A DNA stretch of 64,000 nt from assembly GCA_965197475.1 (NCBI GenBank), contig CBDANF010000003.1:2528001-2592000 (forward strand), read 5' to 3'. The notes under the pieces are model-generated. The model did not search any database, was not told where the DNA came from, and saw only the letters and a list, made by a program, of their open reading frames with translations. The position numbers and the translations under genes were made by a program. Positions 61,038-64,000 of the stretch are shown piece by piece. Numbering within the stretch: position 1 is the stretch's first letter; each line of letters opens with the position of its first letter. This stretch comes from Candidatus Poribacteria bacterium. Its GTDB lineage: Bacteria; Poribacteria; WGA-4E; WGA-3G.

Positions 61038-62045
61038 ATGCAAAAAAGACCGTATCATTTTTTATATACAGTGGGTTGTATTGTTCTCGTTGCGCTAATA
61101 ATTTTCACAGGCTGTGGTGATAAACAGAACAAGAAATGGCTTTCAATTTATGGGGGTGTGATAGGAGGAAGTTTCTCGCAATTTGCTGGAGGCATAAACC
61201 AGATTGTTAAACATCAGGAATTGGATCTAAAAATATCTGTTGTTGCTTCCGCTGGCTCAATTGAAAATACGCGACGTATCAACAAGGATAAGAACGCCCT
61301 CGGTGTCGTTTTTGCATCAGAGAGTTCTCTCGGTTACCACGGACAAGAGATTTTCGCAGAGGAGGGACCAAAAACGAATATACGGATGGTGACGCTACTT
61401 TATTTTGCCTACGGTCAATTTTCTACTCTCGAAAATAGTAATTTACGCCAGTTTGAAGACATTGTAGGAAATAAAATTGCTTGTGGTGCCCCTGGATCGG
61501 GCACAGCGCAGACATTAGAACGTCTTGCAAAGTCGGCAGGCATCTGGGGCAAATTTACGCCAATTTATAGAGGCGGCACAGCTGGTGCCCAAGCTCTTCA
61601 AGATGGACAGGTAGGGGGATTCTTATGGCTGGTCAGTGTGCCGAATAGTGCAATTATTGAGTTAACAGCGGTAAAATCCATCCGAATGATCGATCTTGAC
61701 ACACCTGCTAAAGAGTCCGATTTCTATGAAAAATACCCTTTCTATTTTCCAGGAAGCATGCCAGAGGGTGCTTATGAAGGGAAAGTTGAATCGGTAAAAA
61801 CGATTTTAATGCCCACCGTCCTGATTGCCAACAAAGCAGTACTTGAGGAAACTGTTTATACCATTCTAAAGCATGTTTATTCTGCCGAGGGACATCAAAC
61901 GATGCTGCAAACAAATCAAGCAGCAGCAGATATGACAATAGAGAATGCCCCGAAGGCATTTGTAATTCCGCTGCACAGCGGTGCCTACAAGTTTTGGAGT
62001 GAACAAGGTGTGGAAATCCCAGATCAAGCAATGCCAGTGGATTAA
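61038..62045 (+). CDS. TAXI-family TRAP transporter solute-binding lipoprotein
   Basis: Lipobox FTGC; S.GSIEN, G.PGSGT, IPLH.GA..FW.E.G. Confidence 0.9.
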   Translation: MQKRPYHFLYTVGCIVLVALIIFTGCGDKQNKKWLSIYGGVIGGSFSQFAGGINQIVKHQELDLKISVVASAGSIENTRRINKDKNALGVVFASESSLGYHGQEIFAEEGPKTNIRMVTLLYFAYGQFSTLENSNLRQFEDIVGNKIACGAPGSGTAQTLERLAKSAGIWGKFTPIYRGGTAGAQALQDGQVGGFLWLVSVPNSAIIELTAVKSIRMIDLDTPAKESDFYEKYPFYFPGSMPEGAYEGKVESVKTILMPTVLIANKAVLEETVYTILKHVYSAEGHQTMLQTNQAAADMTIENAPKAFVIPLHSGAYKFWSEQGVEIPDQAMPVD

Positions 62046-62070
62046 CAGAAATTTATTTCACTTTTAAAAC

Positions 62071-62099
62071 TTGCATTAAATGTCAGAACGTGATATAAT
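62071..62099 (+). promoter_or_regulatory. Sigma70 promoter of the TPP-riboswitch leader
   Basis: TTGCAT-N17-TATAAT with extended TG. Confidence 0.65.
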
Positions 62100-62111
62100 A
62101 CAATTGAAATA

Positions 62112-62198
62112 ACATTATGGGGTGCTCTTACCAGATTAAGAGCTGAGAAAACACCCTTTGAACCTGATCTGGGTCATGCCAGCGTAGGGAAATACAAA
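62112..62198 (+). ncRNA. TPP riboswitch
   Basis: GGGGTGC...GCTGAGA..ACCCTTTGAACCTGATCTGGGTCATGCCAGCGTAGGGAA consensus. Confidence 0.95.
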
Positions 62199-62328
62199 AA
62201 CGAAATTGCGCGCCTCCTATCATGAGGCACTCAGCCGCTTCTTTTTTGGTGCTGCCAAGGCATGGATAAACCATTGGCATGTTCCCTATACCAAAAACGG
62301 AAGACGGCTTTTGCTGTTAAGAGAACAG

Positions 62329-63102
62329 ATGCGTATGTTCAGCAAATTTGTATTGCCAGTGGTTATCCTATTGACTGTGTTGGGAATATGGGAAGCAGCA
62401 GTATACTTTTTCAATATAAAGCGTATTATTCTGCCAACACCCTCAAAAATTTTAGTGACACTATTCGTAGAACGCGGACAATTGCTGAAACATACGCTCG
62501 TGACACTACAGGAAATGCTCCTCGGGTTTGCCCTTGCCGTAAGCATCGGTATACCATTAGCAGTATTGATGTCAGAGTTTCCGGTGCTTGAAAAAGCTTT
62601 CTATCCCTACGTTATTGGTTCACAAACAGTACCAGTGTTTGCGATTGCGCCTCTTTTGGTAATGTGGTTTGGATTCGGGATTGCTTCAAAAGTTGTTATG
62701 GCAGCGATAATCGTATTTTTTGCAATTGTCCTGAATACATTAGATGGCTTGAAGTCCGCCGATCCCGACACGGTCAATCTCTTTCGTATTCTCCGAGCAA
62801 CACGGTGGCAGATTCTTTGGAAAGTACGCATTCCATCAGCACTGCCGTTTATCTTCTCAGGAGCAAAGATCGGTATATCAATTTCCACGATTGGGGCGGT
62901 GATAGGTGAATGGGTAGGAGCAAGTGCTGGACTTGGTTACCTCATGTTGTATGCGAATGCGCAGCTCCAGATTTCACTTATGTTCGCGGCTATTTTCTGC
63001 CTAACACTGTTAGGTTTAAGTCTTTTTGCACTGATGACGTTGCTGGAAAGATTCGCAATGCCGTGGCGACGGCATCAGAAAAACATATCAGATGTCCGAT
63101 AA
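62329..63102 (+). CDS. NitT/TauT-type ABC permease (ThiX-like, thiamine precursor uptake)
   Basis: LP.P..I, QTVPVFAIAPL, P.ALP.IFSG, GAVIGEW.GA.AGLGY; downstream of TPP riboswitch. Confidence 0.88.
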   Translation: MRMFSKFVLPVVILLTVLGIWEAAVYFFNIKRIILPTPSKILVTLFVERGQLLKHTLVTLQEMLLGFALAVSIGIPLAVLMSEFPVLEKAFYPYVIGSQTVPVFAIAPLLVMWFGFGIASKVVMAAIIVFFAIVLNTLDGLKSADPDTVNLFRILRATRWQILWKVRIPSALPFIFSGAKIGISISTIGAVIGEWVGASAGLGYLMLYANAQLQISLMFAAIFCLTLLGLSLFALMTLLERFAMPWRRHQKNISDVR

Positions 63103-63105
63103 GTG

Positions 63106-63260
63106 TACAGTCTATCTCATAAATCGTTAAACACGGTTCTGTTCAGAGGATCCAACTTCATCGTAGGGGCGGGTCTCTGTGCCCGCCCGTTGTTTCCGTT
63201 CTCAAGACATGGCGAGGCACAGAGACCTCGCCCTACAAATGATTTATGAGATACGCTCTA
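63106..63260. mobile_element. MITE with internal REP pair (copy 2)
   Basis: TA-CAGTCTATCTCATAAAT ... ATTTATGAGATACGCTC-TA; homologous to 57449-57618. Confidence 0.65.
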
Positions 63261-63653
63261 TTCAAATCACTGCGGAGAAATTTCATTTGTAGTGTAGAGT
63301 TATTTAGTTTTCGGTATTTCTGCTATATTTTTTCACATTTCTATATAACTACCTGTCCGTCGGGTAGAGCTTGCGAAACCCGACACGCTTAGTTCCTGTC
63401 GGGTTTCACTACCGCTCTACCCGACGGACGAAATAAACTATGAGTAACACTCATCAACTAATAATTTTTAAAACTAAATAACCCTGTTTGTAGTATGTTG
63501 TTAATTGTGAAATCTATCATAGAAATGGTATAATACAAGTTTTGGATTTTTTATAAAACTGTGAAATTCAATAATTGAAGTTCGGTTTCAGAATGCAGTC
63601 ACGCAACCTGTCATAAACTGAATTCTCACTCCCGAAAATAGGAGGGATTTCTG

Positions 63654-64000
63654 ATGAAAATGAATTTATGTACTACGCTTCTCTTTACACTGTTTTTGTT
63701 TTCAATGTCCTATCTATCTCCTTGCATCGCCCAAGAGTATATGACCGGTCCATGGCTTTGGATGATCGCCCCAACCGAACCAGATCAGGGGGGCGCGGCT
63801 TCCACCGATGTGGATTCACTTGCAGTTGCCAGTGACGGCGACATTACAGAGATAGATGTTGCGACTAACGGTGCAAACGTCGGAGACTTCGTTGGCAATT
63901 ATGCGTGGACACTCGATCAACTTCGCTTTGATGGAATTGAAAACACCTATAATTTCGTCGGTGATATTGATAACCTTACGGATCTTTTCGAGAAATTGGG
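63654..64000 (+). CDS. Secreted protein (N-terminal part; runs off window)
   Basis: GGAGG RBS; signal peptide; TGPWLWMIAPTEPDQGGAASTDVDSLAVAS. Confidence 0.8.
   Translation, partial: MKMNLCTTLLFTLFLFSMSYLSPCIAQEYMTGPWLWMIAPTEPDQGGAASTDVDSLAVASDGDITEIDVATNGANVGDFVGNYAWTLDQLRFDGIENTYNFVGDIDNLTDLFEKL

Overview
Bacterial chromosomal window that most resembles Candidatus Poribacteria (sponge symbiont). This is inferred from secreted proteins ending in 'V.p..KL...W..lK' or 'YPNPFNPETWIPY', LRR/Ig repeat proteins, and several PhyH and enolase-superfamily enzymes. The housekeeping backbone includes rluD, ilvD, hppA, folC, glyA, comEC, pth, rplY, tRNA-Gln, ispE, argD and a TPP riboswitch. Accessory DNA comprises a GmrSD-type nuclease, a BglII/BstYI-type RM pair, IS5, IS3 and IS1595 elements, MITEs/REPs and a 2065-aa LRR/Ig/cadherin protein. 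Top candidate novel system: a 2,004-bp element (23642-25645) with perfect 13-bp terminal inverted repeats and no visible DDE transposase. It encodes two translationally coupled DUF1670-like paralogs and carries a consensus promoter in front of a ~125-nt multi-hairpin non-coding segment. Second: IS1595-type ends recur four more times in the window, bracketing cargo genes including a secreted metalloprotease. All calls are by eye; no database searches were run.
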